A DNA stretch of 64,000 nt from assembly GCF_009914755.1 (NCBI RefSeq), contig NC_060936.1, one strand, 5' to 3'. This DNA comes from the human T2T-CHM13v2.0 reference genome, Homo sapiens. The first letter of the stretch is position 1. Every line of letters starts with the position of its first letter. Below, one piece after another: positions 39,851 through 53,420 of this stretch. A program made the translations under genes and the position numbers. The notes under the pieces are model-generated. The model saw only the letters and a program-made list of their open reading frames with translations, searched no databases and was not told the origin of the DNA.

Positions 39851-42231
39851 GTGGAACAGGGAGAGAGATGCATATATTAACACTACTCACTCCATTCCCA
39901 GTACCCAGGGACTATTTCCTCACTTCTAAATCAGTCTGCTGGTTCCTAAACTGGCCCTCAAGTTTCCCAAAGTCCCCTGATGTATGAGCATTGGACAGTT
40001 TGGGTCTGGGTTGAACCCCAGCTTTGTCCTATGCTAGCTAGGTCACGTAGGGCACTGTGCCCCTTAGGGCAAATCGCTTTGCCTCTCTGCCCCTCAGTCT
40101 CCCCCTCTACAAAAGCAAGGTGAGAAATACCACACTCCTCAGAAAACTGCCAAGTAAAATGAACCAAAGTGAACATACCAGCTGCAGGCCCCAGCATACA
40201 GCAGGGGCTTCATTATTGCTGCTGCCAGGTGATAAATGGTCAAGCCCAGGCCCACTGTGGACAGAGCTGGCCAGGATTCTTGTAACCCTGACAAACACAA
40301 CACACTTCCTCACCCCACCAGACAAGGCTCTGGGCTCAAATAGCTGCCCCCAGGCCCCGAGGACTCAGGCCGGGGCATTTAACTGATGCCTGCTGTCCGG
40401 ACAGGACACGGTTCCTGGGCTCCACCCAACCCGCCTCTCCCAGGGAAGCAGGGACAAAAGGATGGGGCCCTGTGGGGATGGCTGGCCCTGAGGACAACAC
40501 AGGCACATGAGAGGTCATTTCAGGAGAAGGACGTCTGGGAGGCATCCACCAACTCATGCTGAACAAGAGTCCAGCCAGAGCCCACCCGTTTATGAAAGAA
40601 AATGATAATAATAATAGAAGGACAGGGAGGGGGCTGCAGGGATGGGGGCTCTGCACCAGCTCCCACAGGCCTGTCCAGGGCTCCTGCTCCCCTCTGAGTG
40701 ATGGCAGGGCAGGCGCCTGGAGCCAACGGCAGGAGGGGCATCCCCCGGGCCCGATTAGCGGGCGGCCGCAGGCAGACACGCTCAACTGTCAGCCTCCTCC
40801 TCTCAGCCCGCCATCACAGGCACCATTAATTGCTGTCATTTGAGGGTGGCCTGTGGGGAGAAGGAGGGAGGAGAAGGAGGGGTAGGGAGCAGGAAGGAAG
40901 GGGGAGGGGAGGAAGGGATTGCAGGGAGCCCCCGCCCAGGGCTGAGCATCCAGGCTGGGAAGGAGAGAGAGGAGGATGGCAGAGAGGGAAGGGTGGTGGC
41001 GCAGACAGGGAAGGGCAGGGGGCCCTGAATTGCTCTCCTCCCCACCCAAGCAGGGCCCAGGGCCCCGTCCAACTGGGGTTAAAGCCGGTCCTCCCAGAGC
41101 CCCCGAGAGGTGAGATCCCACTGGGCCAGGGCCCTAAAACCTCCCCCTACACACCTTCAGTGTCCCCGATCACCCGCCCAGGGTACCCCGAGACCCCAGC
41201 CCCCACCCACACCGGACCCCTCACCCCAATGTATAGACAATCCCAGACAACCACCTCCCCACCCCACTCCCAGCTGAAGAATCCACTCACAGAGTTTCGA
41301 GTCACGGGCAACCCACTTTTGGGGCCAGGGGCTCCCACAGCCCCCTTCTAAGGTCCTAGGTCCGCAGGGAAGAGTGTACCGCTGGGAGCCTGGAGCCAAG
41401 CCCTCCCTCTGCTGCTGCACCCTGGGGATGCCACATCGCCTCCCTGTACCTCAGTTTCCTCATCTGGAGAATGGGGATAAGGACGGTGCCCACCTCCAGG
41501 GTCGCCCTGAGATTTAAGGAGGTAATTCCACAAAGTGCTTAGTGCACGCATAGCGAGTGTCGGCCCTGAGGTCTGTCCCCCCTTGTCTCCCCCATGCCCC
41601 CTTCTACCATCACGGTTCTTACTCAGAAAAGGCTGCACCCCCCACCCACCCTCTCCAGCATGGAGGGTCCCAGAGGGGCCCCACAGAGCTGCCAAGTGGG
41701 TGTGGTGGGGCAGGGCATCCGGGCAGCGTCTGTCCTCTGTCAGGGGAGTGCAGAGCATCTGCCTGCCTCAATGTGCCCCCATGGCCCCACTCCCACTCAC
41801 CCCTGCTGGCCCCCAGACAGGCCTTGCCTTCGGGCTGAGGAGCCACTTGGGTCCTGCAAGGGGGCTCCTGGGAGCATCAGGTTCCCTCAGCAGGGGAGGA
41901 GGAGGCCCCACTCCACCGTCTGTCTGCCTTCCCGGCCTCCCTCAGATGTGATGGATCGCCCCGGCAGAGGAAGCTAAGTGCTTGCAGACAAAAAGCCCTT
42001 TTATCGTCCTCGGGTGGGCCACTGGCATGACAAGCAGATAACTCAGCCACAGGAGGAAGGCTCCCCATTAGGCCGGAGACGGAGACGCCGATGGACGGGG
42101 GACAGCGAGGCAGAGGAGGAGGAGGCTGGGAAAAACAGCCCAGACCAGGCCGCTTTCCTTCCAACTTCAAAGCCCCATGAGCCTAGGCAGAAAGCCCTGC
42201 TGAGTTCATCACTTTGTGGGGGACCGCCACC

Positions 42232-42465
42232 GTCCCACTCCTCCTTCCCCCACCTCCAAATCCCACTCCTCTTTCCCCCCTCCCTCCAAGTCCCACTCCT
42301 CCTTCCCCCTCCCTAACCCAAATCCCACTCCTCCTTCCTCCCTCCCTCCAAATCCCACTCCTCCTTCCCCTCCTCCCTCCAAATCCCACTCCTCCTCCCC
42401 CACCCCAGTCCCACTCCTCCTTCTCCTACCTCCAAATCCCAATCCTCCTTCCCCTGCTCCCTCCA
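42232..42465. repeat. C-rich minisatellite (~25-30-bp unit, aaatcccactcctccttcccc...ctcc)
   Basis: tcccactcctc recurs about 8 times. Confidence 0.9.
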
Positions 42466-42659
42466 AGACAAAACCTGGTTGTGAGGCCCAGGGCTTAGGG
42501 CCCAAGGCCCAGCCCCAGGAAGCAGATGACCTGCAGGGCTGATCTTCCCTCCTGCCTAGTGGGGGGCCCCCAAAGGCTCAGGAAGAAGTAAAGAGGCCTC
42601 CTCCAGGAAAACTCCCCCGAGGTAACTCAGAATCGCGCAACCCGGGAGGCCCATTCCAA

Positions 42660-43042
42660 GCTGCCTCAGTGCTTTGGCAGGGCTGTTCCCTCAGCCTGGG
42701 TCACCCTTCCCCCAGATACCTACATGCTTCCTTCCTCCCCTACTTCAGGTCTTTGCTCAAAGGCCACCTTCTCAGGGAGGCCTACCCTGACCCCCACTTT
42801 GAAACTGCAACCCCCAGCCCACCCACAGGCTCCCCAGACCCCTTCACCACTTGTTCCTCAGCCTGGTGCTCACCACCAAGAGACCCGCTAAGCGTCGCAC
42901 TTACTGACTTTTGGTCATGGTCTGTCTCCCCGCAGGGAGGACTAGGTGCTTGGCCGTCTTGTCCACAGGTCTATTCCCAGCACCCACAACAGAGCCTGGC
43001 ACACAGTAGGTGCTTTAGAAAGAGCCATTCCATAAACGAATA
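42660..43042 (+). mobile_element. L2 fragment
   Basis: ttcaggtctttgctcaaaggccaccttctcagggaggcct...gcctggcacacagtaggtgc. Confidence 0.75.
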
Positions 43043-43045
43043 TAT

Positions 43046-43901
<856 letters not shown>

Positions 43902-44914
43902 ATTTGGAACAAGAATGAAATCTCCCGACAACAGCCTGTCATGAGCCAGAACACGCTGTGTGCCCGCCATGTGCCCCAGCCTCCATGCGCACGAGCCCTG
44001 CAATGCCCTCAGCGACCATCTGCCTGGCTGGGAAATGAGCACTCCGGGAGAAACTTGCTGCATTCCCTGGGAAGGGTGAGAAGGGGTTCTTTGCTTCTGG
44101 CTCTTTGCTTCCAGCTGAAAGATCTGGGACAGGTGACCAACCTGTGCCTCAGTTTCCCCACTTGTAAAATGAGGCACCACCCATTCTGGAGTGTTGCTGT
44201 GAGGGTCACAAAATGGGGTGACCTGTGAAAAGCACGACCTGTGATTATGACTCACCAGGCACCTTCTCAGGCCAGGCACTGCTCTCTATGAGCATTAATC
44301 ACCGCAGCAAAACCCTATAAGGGGAAACTGTTATTGCCTCCCCGCCCAGTCTACAGATGGAGAAACAGAGATACAGAGAGATAAAGCAACCTGGCCCCAG
44401 TGCCCAGCACAGAAGTAGCAGTGATAAGACCAGGACCCAGGCCACCTCTTTGCCTGCTAGGCACGGGGACCACAGTGGTGGTTCAGCCTCAGGGCTTCCT
44501 CCAGCACCCAACACCCGAACACCTGGGCCCATCGACAGGCCCCACCCTGGCCAAACCTGCGGGCCCACCGCCAAAGCACAAAAGCAATGTGACCAAGAAC
44601 CCCGGAGCCCGGGGAAGCCCACCCTCCTGACACTGACACTGTCAGGGACCCTCCCACCTCTCAGGTGTCATCAAAAAATCACTGCACCAACTCAGCCAGG
44701 AAACGGCCCATCACTGGGGGACCCCGCAAACTGCCCTAAGTTGCTCCCTGCCCTGGACAGCTCTGATGTGCCAGACCCCACACGCCCCCCGAGGCCCCCA
44801 CCACACACTCCAGGCCGAACCTGGCTCCGAGTAATTCCAGACCCACTTCCCGTGAGAAAGTCCAGGCAGGATGAACCTCCTGGGGACACCAAGTGGAGAC
44901 AGACATGAACCTAC

Positions 44915-44961
44915 CAGAAACTGCCTCCAGCGAGGCTGTGTCCTCAAAGACTCAGGGAGAC
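44915..44961 (-). other. NCOR2: NCOR2 47-nt non-coding 5'UTR exon
   Basis: Branch point ACTAAC (44984-44989), acceptor gtgttttgtccgcag|GTCTCCC, donor TTTCTG|gtaggt. Joined to the 4719 exon it gives the NCOR2 5'UTR as I recall it (...GGCAGTTTCTG/GTGCCAGTGACG...). Confidence 0.88.
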
Positions 44962-45406
44962 CTGCGGACAAAACACGGGTTTTGTTAGTTGACATCGCAT
45001 GTATGCAGTTTGGCATGACGACACCGACATGCAGGAAAAAAGACCATGTCTGCCGTCAGGGCCCATGTGTCGTAAGCACTGGGCCAAGTATTTCTCCATG
45101 AGAACCCTGTGAGGCAGGTACTGCTACCTATTTGACAGAGAGGGAGACTGACGCTCAGACAATCAAATCTCATGCCCAGGTTCTCAGAGCCGGGAAGTGA
45201 CGGAGCTGTGATTCAATCCCAGATGTGTGGGTTTAAAGGCATCCCACACCCTGGCAAGACCACCGAGGGGCCCCGGGCCACACGGCTAGGCTACTGGGAA
45301 ACTGCCCCATTAACTACCCAGAGGACCCCACAAACAGGGAGATGGGTCGACGGACACCTGAAGGATGGGGTCCGGGGGTGGGGGTGTCTACTATTCTCAT
45401 GCAAGA

Positions 45407-45727
45407 ATTTATTTTTGTTTGTTTGGTATTTTGGAGTGTTTTTGTTTTTGTTTTTGTTTTGGATATAGTCTCGCTCTGTCACTCAGGCTGGGGTGCAATC
45501 ATGGCTCCCTGCAGCCCCAACCCTAAGGCGATCCTCCCACCTAAGCCTGCTAAGTAGCTGGGACTATGGGCACGTGCCACCATGCCCGGCTAATTTTTGT
45601 ATTTTTTTGTAGAGACAGGGTCTCACCATGTTGCCCAGGCTGGTTTCAAACTCCTGAGCTCAAGCAATCCTCCTGCCTTGGCCTCCCAAAGTGCTAGGAT
45701 TACAGGTGCGAGCCACTGTGCCCAGCC
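45407..45727 (-). mobile_element. Alu (AluJ-like)
   Basis: Reverse Alu with degenerate T-rich tail. Confidence 0.9.
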
Positions 45728-45779
45728 TCATTTAAGAATTTCTGAGTTACCATACAAAGTCAAAAGTAGTGCAATGATA

Positions 45780-46640
45780 GCTAGTACCCAGAATACAGAG
45801 GGGACACCCACAAATCAATATGAGCCAGTCAGTCCAACAGCAGACAGGCAAAAGACAACATAGACGCTTCACCAAAGAGTATATACACATGGCCAATAAG
45901 ACACGAAAAGATGCCCAACGTCATCAGTCCTTAAGAGAGGGCAATTAAAACCACGAAAGACCACTGCTCACCCATAGGGATGGCAAACATGAGACAGACA
46001 ACATCAAGTGCTGGTGAGAACAAGGAGCACCTGGAACCCTCACCCGTTGCCGACGGGATGCAAAATGGAGCAACTACTTTGCAAAAACAGTTTGGCCATT
46101 TCTTATAGTTAAACACATGCTTGCCATATGACTCAGTAATTCAACTCCTAGGACTTTGTCAGACAGACATGAAAACAGCCACACAGACTCGCGCACAAAT
46201 GTTCACTGAAGCTTTATGCACAATCGCAGAACAACTGAAAACAACCCAACGGTCCATCGACAGGTGAACGGATAAACAGTGGTACATCCATGCCATATGA
46301 CTCTGCAATCAAGAGGAACCAAGTGCAGACACACAGGACCACAGGGAGGAATCTGAGACTCAGGCTGTGTCCAAGAAGCCAGATTCAAGGCTGCAGACTC
46401 TATGGTTCCACGATAGGATTCTGGGGAAGACAAAACAACTTTCACATTTGTAAAGAGGCCTGCAGAGGTAGTCAAATACAACAAAAAAAATGTGATTCCC
46501 ACAAATGTTAGGACGCCAATCACCTCTAGGGAGAAGGCAGCCCATGTCTACAAGGTGACCCCTTTATAATTGTTCGCTAATCTGCACTGAGGGGTTTATA
46601 CATTCTTTATCGTGTTAACTTCTGCATGAAAAGAACAAGT
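45780..46640 (+). mobile_element. Old L1M (L1ME-like) fragment
   Basis: catggccaataagacacgaaaagatgcccaac, tgctggtgagaa, ttgccatatgactcagtaattcaactcctagg. Confidence 0.8.
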
Positions 46641-46969
46641 AAAAAATAGTACAGAGGGCAGAGCACTGGACAGTCAGTCTCAACGGACCTCTGGGAAACC
46701 CCTTCTCCACCTCGTGCCAAAGCTGAGGGATCGGGGACTGGTGAGGCCAGGGCTGCCCCCTCCCACAAGGGAGCAGCTGTGTGCAGTGCTCAAGCTCTGA
46801 AGCCAGGCTCCCCAGGTTCCAATCTGGCCTCCACCCTCTCCTAGCTGTGCAACTTGGAACAAGCAACTTCACCTCTCTGAGTCTCAGATTCCCCATCTCT
46901 AAAATGGAAACGATCATTTTAAAAATGCTGACCCCACAGGAATGTTGTGAGTGTAAAGTGCCCTCAGTG

Positions 46970-47014
46970 CCAGTGTGTGCCACTCCAGTGTGTGCCACTC
47001 CAGTGTGTGCCACT
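46970..47014. repeat. 15-bp tandem repeat x3
   Basis: ccagtgtgtgccact x3, perfect. Confidence 0.9.
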
Positions 47015-49755
47015 TCGAGTGCTCAGTTCTTGCTGGACATGACTCCTACCCCCACCCAGGGGCTGGCAGCCAAGCTCCGAGAGGCCAGCCCTCTCCAGTG
47101 CCTGGCAGGCCCTCAGGCCCCAAGGAGGGAGCCTTTGAAAGGGCAGCTGCGGGCAGCTCACAGGGGGACAAGCCAGCCACTTCTTTCCTGCCCTTTTTTC
47201 TTTTTTAAGCGTTTTTTTCACTATGATGCCCCCAGGCTTGGCACTTGGTCCTGCCATCTGCATCAGCTCCAGAGACAGGCCCTGCAGGAAGGCTGGAAAC
47301 AGGGAGGGCCCGGGCACATCTTCACAGCCGCCCTCCCCAGCTCCCGGAAGCCTCGGTGGCCAGCCACCTGCAGCACGTCCCGTCACAGGCTAGGGCAGAG
47401 CCAGGCCTGGCAGGCGCTCTCCCTGGGCACCAAGAAGCTCTCAACCTCCACCTGGGAGAGACAGCTGGGAGATCAGACCCCATCTTCTCCTAACCTGCTC
47501 CCAACCCCAGCCAGCTCAGCCTGCAATCCCCAACAGACAGAGTCCCAGGGTGTCCCGGTGGCATGGGGTCAAGGCCAGTGGGGGCTGGCCCCAAGGTCAC
47601 ATTGTCCAGAGGGAAACAGAGAATCTCCCAGCAGTAATGGAGTGACACATAGGTCCAAAGAGGGGTTCCCAATTTAGAAAACTCAGCAGGGACTTCCCAG
47701 GACAGGCAACCTGTCACACTGGCCAGAATCCAGGGAGATGACTGAGGGGCCAAGGGGGGTAGCGAGGACTGGGCTGAGGTGGGAAGGAACCCAGGGCCCT
47801 GGCTGGAGCAGAGCCAGGGGGAGAGGAAGAGAGAGGAGGGCTGGAGGCAGCAGGGGCGGGTCACGCAGGGTTCTGCAGATGGGTTTTATCTCCAGAGCAG
47901 AGAACCTTAGGAGGGTTACGCAAGCTGCAGAGGGGCAAGGTCCCACTCCAAAGTGGAGATGCATCTGGCCGTGGAGCGCGGGTGAGGGCAGAAGCCACAG
48001 CCAAGGGAGAGGCCACTGTGCCAGTCCAGGAGAGTGATGTGGCGGGCGGCCAGGCTGGGCGCAGCGAGGTGGGAGAGGGGCTGGCATGGAGAGCATCATG
48101 CATTAGAGAGTCCGAAAGGCAGGCAAGGGATGGTGAGAATCAAGAGGCCCGCTCCTCCTCTCTGACCCTGGGCAGAGCTAGTCGGGGAGGGAAGGAGAGG
48201 GTGACAACATCCACTTCCTGCACAGGACCCTTTCAGGGGCACAGCCATCCCGTGTCCCTGGCCAGGAAACTGCTGCTCTGAGGGAGGAGTCACCCAAGGC
48301 CACGTGGCAAGGAAGGGAGTGAGCCAGGATCCAAACCCAGGACCAAGTGCTTGGGCCATGGGGAGCCAGGGCACCAGGGCACAGGGCTGGCAGCGTGGAG
48401 TCGAGGCTGCTCCAGCCCAGGCTGCCCGCGAGCGGCCAGGGCATGTGGGCCACAGTGTGGACTGAGCCCCACGCCTCCCCGGCAGAGCCGCCCCTGTCAG
48501 GGCTTCCCGGGGCCCGGCGTCTCCCAGCTCAGCCCCGCAGCAGCAGGTCTCACTCGCTGTGTCACGCTCCCCTGTGCTCACACCCACCACTCACTCGCTC
48601 AAGGCCGCAGTCGCACTTGCTCACTCTGCTGCACTCACATTCACACTCATTCACACTCGTGCACACCCGGTTCACACTCACCGGCTCGGGGCCACCCACA
48701 CACATTCCAGCTCAGGCCCAGGCCCACTGGCCGGCTCCGTGGGCCCTCCCCGCACAGCATCCCACCAGCTCCTTCATGCTCACTGTCCCCCAGCAAGCTC
48801 CCACGCTCCCCCTCACCCTCCCAGGCAGGCTGGGGGAACCCGGGCACCCCCCATTCCTCTGAAGCCACCAGCTCAGTCCACCCACAGCTGGAAGAAGGGC
48901 CGGGCCTCCATCCTCGCGCCCCTGGGGCTGGCCAGGCTAGTCTCCCGGCAAAGCAGATGCACGGGGAGAGCAAGGACCAGTTCCAAGGCTCCCCTCTGCC
49001 AAGCCCACCATGACCACGCATGGCCCACAGGCTGAGACTTGCCCCCACCTGCCAGCACCCCCCTTGTCAGCTCCCAAACAAGCCCACCTCCTGGCGTTGG
49101 CTTTTACCCTCAACTCTACCAAACGCACCGTCACCCTGCTCTCCACCCTGCTGGAACCAGAACAAGCACCATCTTTTCCTCCTCCAGGAAGCCCGCCTGG
49201 CTCACCCCAGCCACAAAGGCCAACCTGACTCGTCCATTCGCCACACCCAGAGATGGGAAGCCACCACCCACAGCCACACAGCTGCAAGAGGCAGAGCCAG
49301 CCGACATTCAAACCCAGAGGCAGCTTCGACCTGCCTCGACCAGGACACCATCAACCTTCAGCTGCTCAACAAACAGAGGGGACAGACCCCCTGTTACCTG
49401 CCAGGTACAGGGGCATGACTGCGAACACAAAAGCTGAGGGTCTTAGGGGCCAAGGTCACACACACACACACCCAAACACCCTCCGGTACACCCATAAGTG
49501 AGCAAGGTGATTGCAAAGAGTGGCCCCTGGAGTGACGGACATAAACCATGGCGACCCAGCAGTGGTGGGAGGGAGGGCAGGGAGGGCAGGGAGGGCCCCC
49601 TGCAGGAGGAGACACTGGAGCCAAGCACAGAGGGCCGAGGAACAGGTGTCCATGAGGAAGGAAAAAAGAGCACTCCAGGCAGAAGGCACAGCCTGTGCAA
49701 AGGCCCAGGGGCAAGAACCAGATCAGAGGGTTAGAGAAGCTGGGGCAGCCAGAGG

Positions 49756-51260
49756 GCTGGGGAGTGGAGAACTGGAGAGGGTTGGGGAGTAGAGCTGGAG
49801 GGGGATGGAGGTGGAGAGCTGGAGGGGGATGGGGAGTGGAGCTGGAGGGGGATGGGAGTGGAGATGGGGGGATGGGGGTGGAGATGGAGGGGGATGGGAG
49901 GAGGATATGCAGGGGGATGGGGAGTGAAGAGCTGGAGGGGGATGGGGTGGAGAACTAGAGGGGGTGGGAGGTGGAGAGCTAGAGGGGGGTGGGGAGTGGA
50001 CTGGAGGGGGATGGGGAGTGAAGAGCTGGAGGGAGATGGGGGTGGAGATGGAGGGGGGTGGGGAGTGGAGAGATGGAGGGGGATGGGGAGTGGGGAGATG
50101 GAGGGGGATGGGGGTGGAGAGCTGGAGGGGGATGGGAGGTGGAGGGGTGGATATGGAGGGGAATGGGGAGTGAAGAGCTGGAGGGGGATGGGGGTGGAGA
50201 TGGAAGGGGATGGAGAGTGGAGATGGAGGGGGCTGGAGAGTGGAGAGCTGGAGGGGGGTGGGGAGTGGAGAGCTGGAGGGGGATGGGGAGTAGAGAGCTG
50301 GAGGGGGATCTGGGGTGAAGAGCTAGAGGAAGATGGGGAATGGAGATGGAGGGGGATGGGGTGGAGATGAAGGGGGATGGGGAGTGGAGATGGAGGGGGT
50401 GGGGAGTGGAGATGGAGGGGGATTGAGTGGAGAGCTGGAGGGGGATGGGGAGTGAAGAGCTGGAGGGGGATGGGGAGTGGAGAGCTGGAGGGGGATGGGG
50501 AGTGGAGATGGAGGGGGATGGGAAGCAGTGATGGAGGGGGATGGAGGTGGAGATGGAGGGAGATGGGGAGAGAAGATGGAAGTGGCTGGGGGTGGAGAGC
50601 TAGAGGGGGATGGGGGAGATGGAGGGGGATGGGGAGTGAAGAGCTGGAGGGGGATGGGGAGTGGAGATGGAGGGGATGGGAAGTGGAGAGCTGGAGGGGG
50701 ATGGGAAGTGGAGAGCTGGAGGAGGATGGGGAGTGGAGCTGGATGGGGTGGGGAGTGGAGAGCTAGAGGGGGATGGGGAGTGGAGAGCTGGAGGGGGACG
50801 GGGAGTGGAGATGGAAGGGGATGGAGGAGGAGATGGAGGGGTGGGGAGTGGAGATGGAGAGGGAAGGGGAGTGGTGATGGAGGGGTATGAGGAGTGGAGA
50901 TTGAAGGGGATGGGAAGTGGAGATGGAGCAGGTGGGGAGTGGAGATGGTGGGGGGGTGGGGATGGAGCTGGAGGGGGATGGGGGTGAGGATGGAAGGGGA
51001 TGGAGAGTAGAGATGGAGGGGGTGGGGAGTGGAGAGCTGGAGGGGGATGGGGAGTGGAACTGGAGGGAGATGGGGAGTGGAGATGGAGGGGGATGGGGGT
51101 GGATACGGAGGGGGATGGGGGTGGATATGGAGGGGGATGGGGAGTGGAGATGGAGGGGGTGGGGAGTGGAGATGGAGGGGGTGGGGAGTGGAGAGCTGGA
51201 GGGGGAGGGGGTGGAGAGTTGGAGGGGGATGGGGAGTGGAGAGCTGGAAGGGGATGGGGG
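49756..51260. repeat. ~1.5-kb G-rich VNTR (22-25-bp units)
   Basis: Interleaved units ggagagctggagggggatggggagt and ggagatggagggggatggggagt. Confidence 0.95.
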
Positions 51261-52849
51261 CTGTGTTCCTGGCCACAGGAGGGGAGCCACGTGCTCCAGT
51301 GGAACACATAACTGAGTAGGAACAGTGTGGGGCAGGGCCAGCGAGGACACCTTTGGGTCAATCCCTGAGGGCTCCATGGAGGCATCGACCTCTTGCCCTC
51401 CCAGACCCAGCCTCAGCCTCTTCCTGCATGGAGGATCAGAACTGTGGGGCTCCAGCCTCAATGCTGGGCAAGGGCTTGGTGTCTGGACTCTGGAGCCTTT
51501 CCCACCAGACCTGCAGCAGCCACAGGAACAGGGCGGGCCATTGCCTCGGGGCTCCTGTGCCTCCAGGACCCATGATTACTCAAGCCCAGGGCTCAGTATA
51601 AATCCTCCCTCTCAGCCCAGCCTCCCCTGACCAGCGGCCACGCCGGCCACAACAGCCACACCCTTGGCAGGGCCACATGAGGGACATCTTCCAGAAGGGA
51701 GAAGGACGGGTGTTGATTGAGCACCCACAGGGCCCACAGAGATGGGCGAGGTGGGCGACAGCAGCCCAGGCTCCACTCCAGGCCACCTCTGCCCTGGGCA
51801 CCGAGGCCAAGACCCTCAGCGCCCGTCCCAGGCCCTAGGAACCTGCCAGGCCAGCATGAGCCAGCCTCGGGGCGTGCTCCGCAGAAGCTCTAAACTGGAC
51901 CCCGCAGACCCACAGATCAGACCCTGGCCCCCAAGGGGCAGGCATGACTCCCAGAAGCCTTCCCTGCAGGCTGGAGTTTGGGGACTTCCAGCACAGCACA
52001 ACCTAGGTGCCGTGAGACATGGAGGCGGCTCACCGCCCTCCCAGGGCCGGCCGGGGTCCACCGGATACATCTTCCCACACGGGGTGAACAAGGAGCCTCC
52101 CCTGTCTCCTGCAGTGGTGTCACCTGGTCCCCGTCCCTGTGGTAGCCAGCAGTCCAGACAGCCAGAGCGGGAGGGAGGCAGGCTCCGCAGCCCTTCCATT
52201 GAGAAGCCGCCGGGATATGTTTTCCTTCTCCAGGGACAGCTGAGGCAGCCTGCCCCGTGCCAGCCCTCCTGGAATCTGCAGAGGCAGCCACCCAGAGTTC
52301 ACCAAGGTCTCAGTCCCCACTGGACTGCAACAGCCAAGGGCGGGTGGGTGGGCGAAGATGGGGGTCACAGCCTCTCTCCCTCCCATCCCTCCTCCACCAG
52401 CTAGGGCAAGGGCCACCAGACCAAGGCCAAGGGGGCTGGCAGCATGGATGTGAGTGATCAGGGCCTGCAATGGGATCAGTAGGGAGGTGGGGATGGGCCG
52501 CAGCCCCGTCCAGAGGGGGACTGAGGAGCAACCCCGTGCCCTGCCCAGGAACGCGCCCCAGCCCCAGGGCCACCTGTCTGCTCCCAACAAGGAAGGCTGC
52601 ACTGACACCGGGCATAGCGACTGGGGAGGAGCCGCTGCAAAAAACCATGACAACGATCATCACAATAATAACAGCCCTCACTTCCTGCCAGGCCACGTGC
52701 ATCTCCACTGTCCGGACCCTGTTTCAGGGGTGGGGAAACAGACCCACACGGGGTTACCTGCCCCAGGTCACACAGCCAGTGAGGGGCGGGGAGACGGGAC
52801 CCCGAGCATCTGACCCTCTGCCCTCGGCCACTCCATTCTCCACCCCGAC

Positions 52850-53420
52850 AGCGCCGTGGATTTAGCAGGGACTAGGCTTCCCAGAAACCTCGCCGCCCCT
52901 CTCCTCGCTGCGGGGTGTGGGGCCGCCATCAGAGACAGCAGCCGGCAGGAGCAATTAGAGGCCAGGAAGGAGCCGGGGTATCGACCGCTTTTGGGAGGGA
53001 AGGGGGACGCGGGCTCTGTCGGGGTGGCAGCAGCCTGGCTCATGGCCAAGCACGGGCCACGACAGGGCAGGGAGCGCAGCCCAGGCCGGGAGGCCGCGGA
53101 GGCCCCACGCGGCAGCACGGAAAGGCCAGCTGTCCGTCCACCTGTCTGTCCAGCCCCCTCACCCTCACAGGCACCGACAGCCCCTCGGTGCCTGAAGCTC
53201 AGGGTTTCGCTGCCTCCGCACAATGCTAAGCCCCTTACGATGATTAACTCGTTTAATTCTTAACAACCGCCCCACATCCTCCCCCTGTGCAGATGGAGGC
53301 AGTGAGGCAAGAAAGCCCTCCCAGAGAGTTCCCAGGACTGGGATCCACACTCAGCGTCAGTCAGCACCAGCGACGCCGCCTCTGCCCGGCACCCCCTGCC
53401 CGGGGAGCCCCAGCGGGGAG
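52850..53420. promoter_or_regulatory. Weak CpG-rich patch, candidate enhancer
   Basis: Locally raised CpG density with an embedded AT-rich core (GATGATTAACTCGTTTAATT). Confidence 0.4.

Noticed and set aside
44915-44961. Single-exon circRNA from the Alu-flanked exon
   Set aside because: 47 nt is probably too short for efficient back-splicing; skipping is the more plausible effect.
46781-47677. 298-aa + strand ORF
   Set aside because: Starts in a MIR, includes the 15-bp repeat, no recognisable homology.
49695-51461. Extensin-like proline-rich and glycine-rich ORFs
   Set aside because: Translations of the VNTR.
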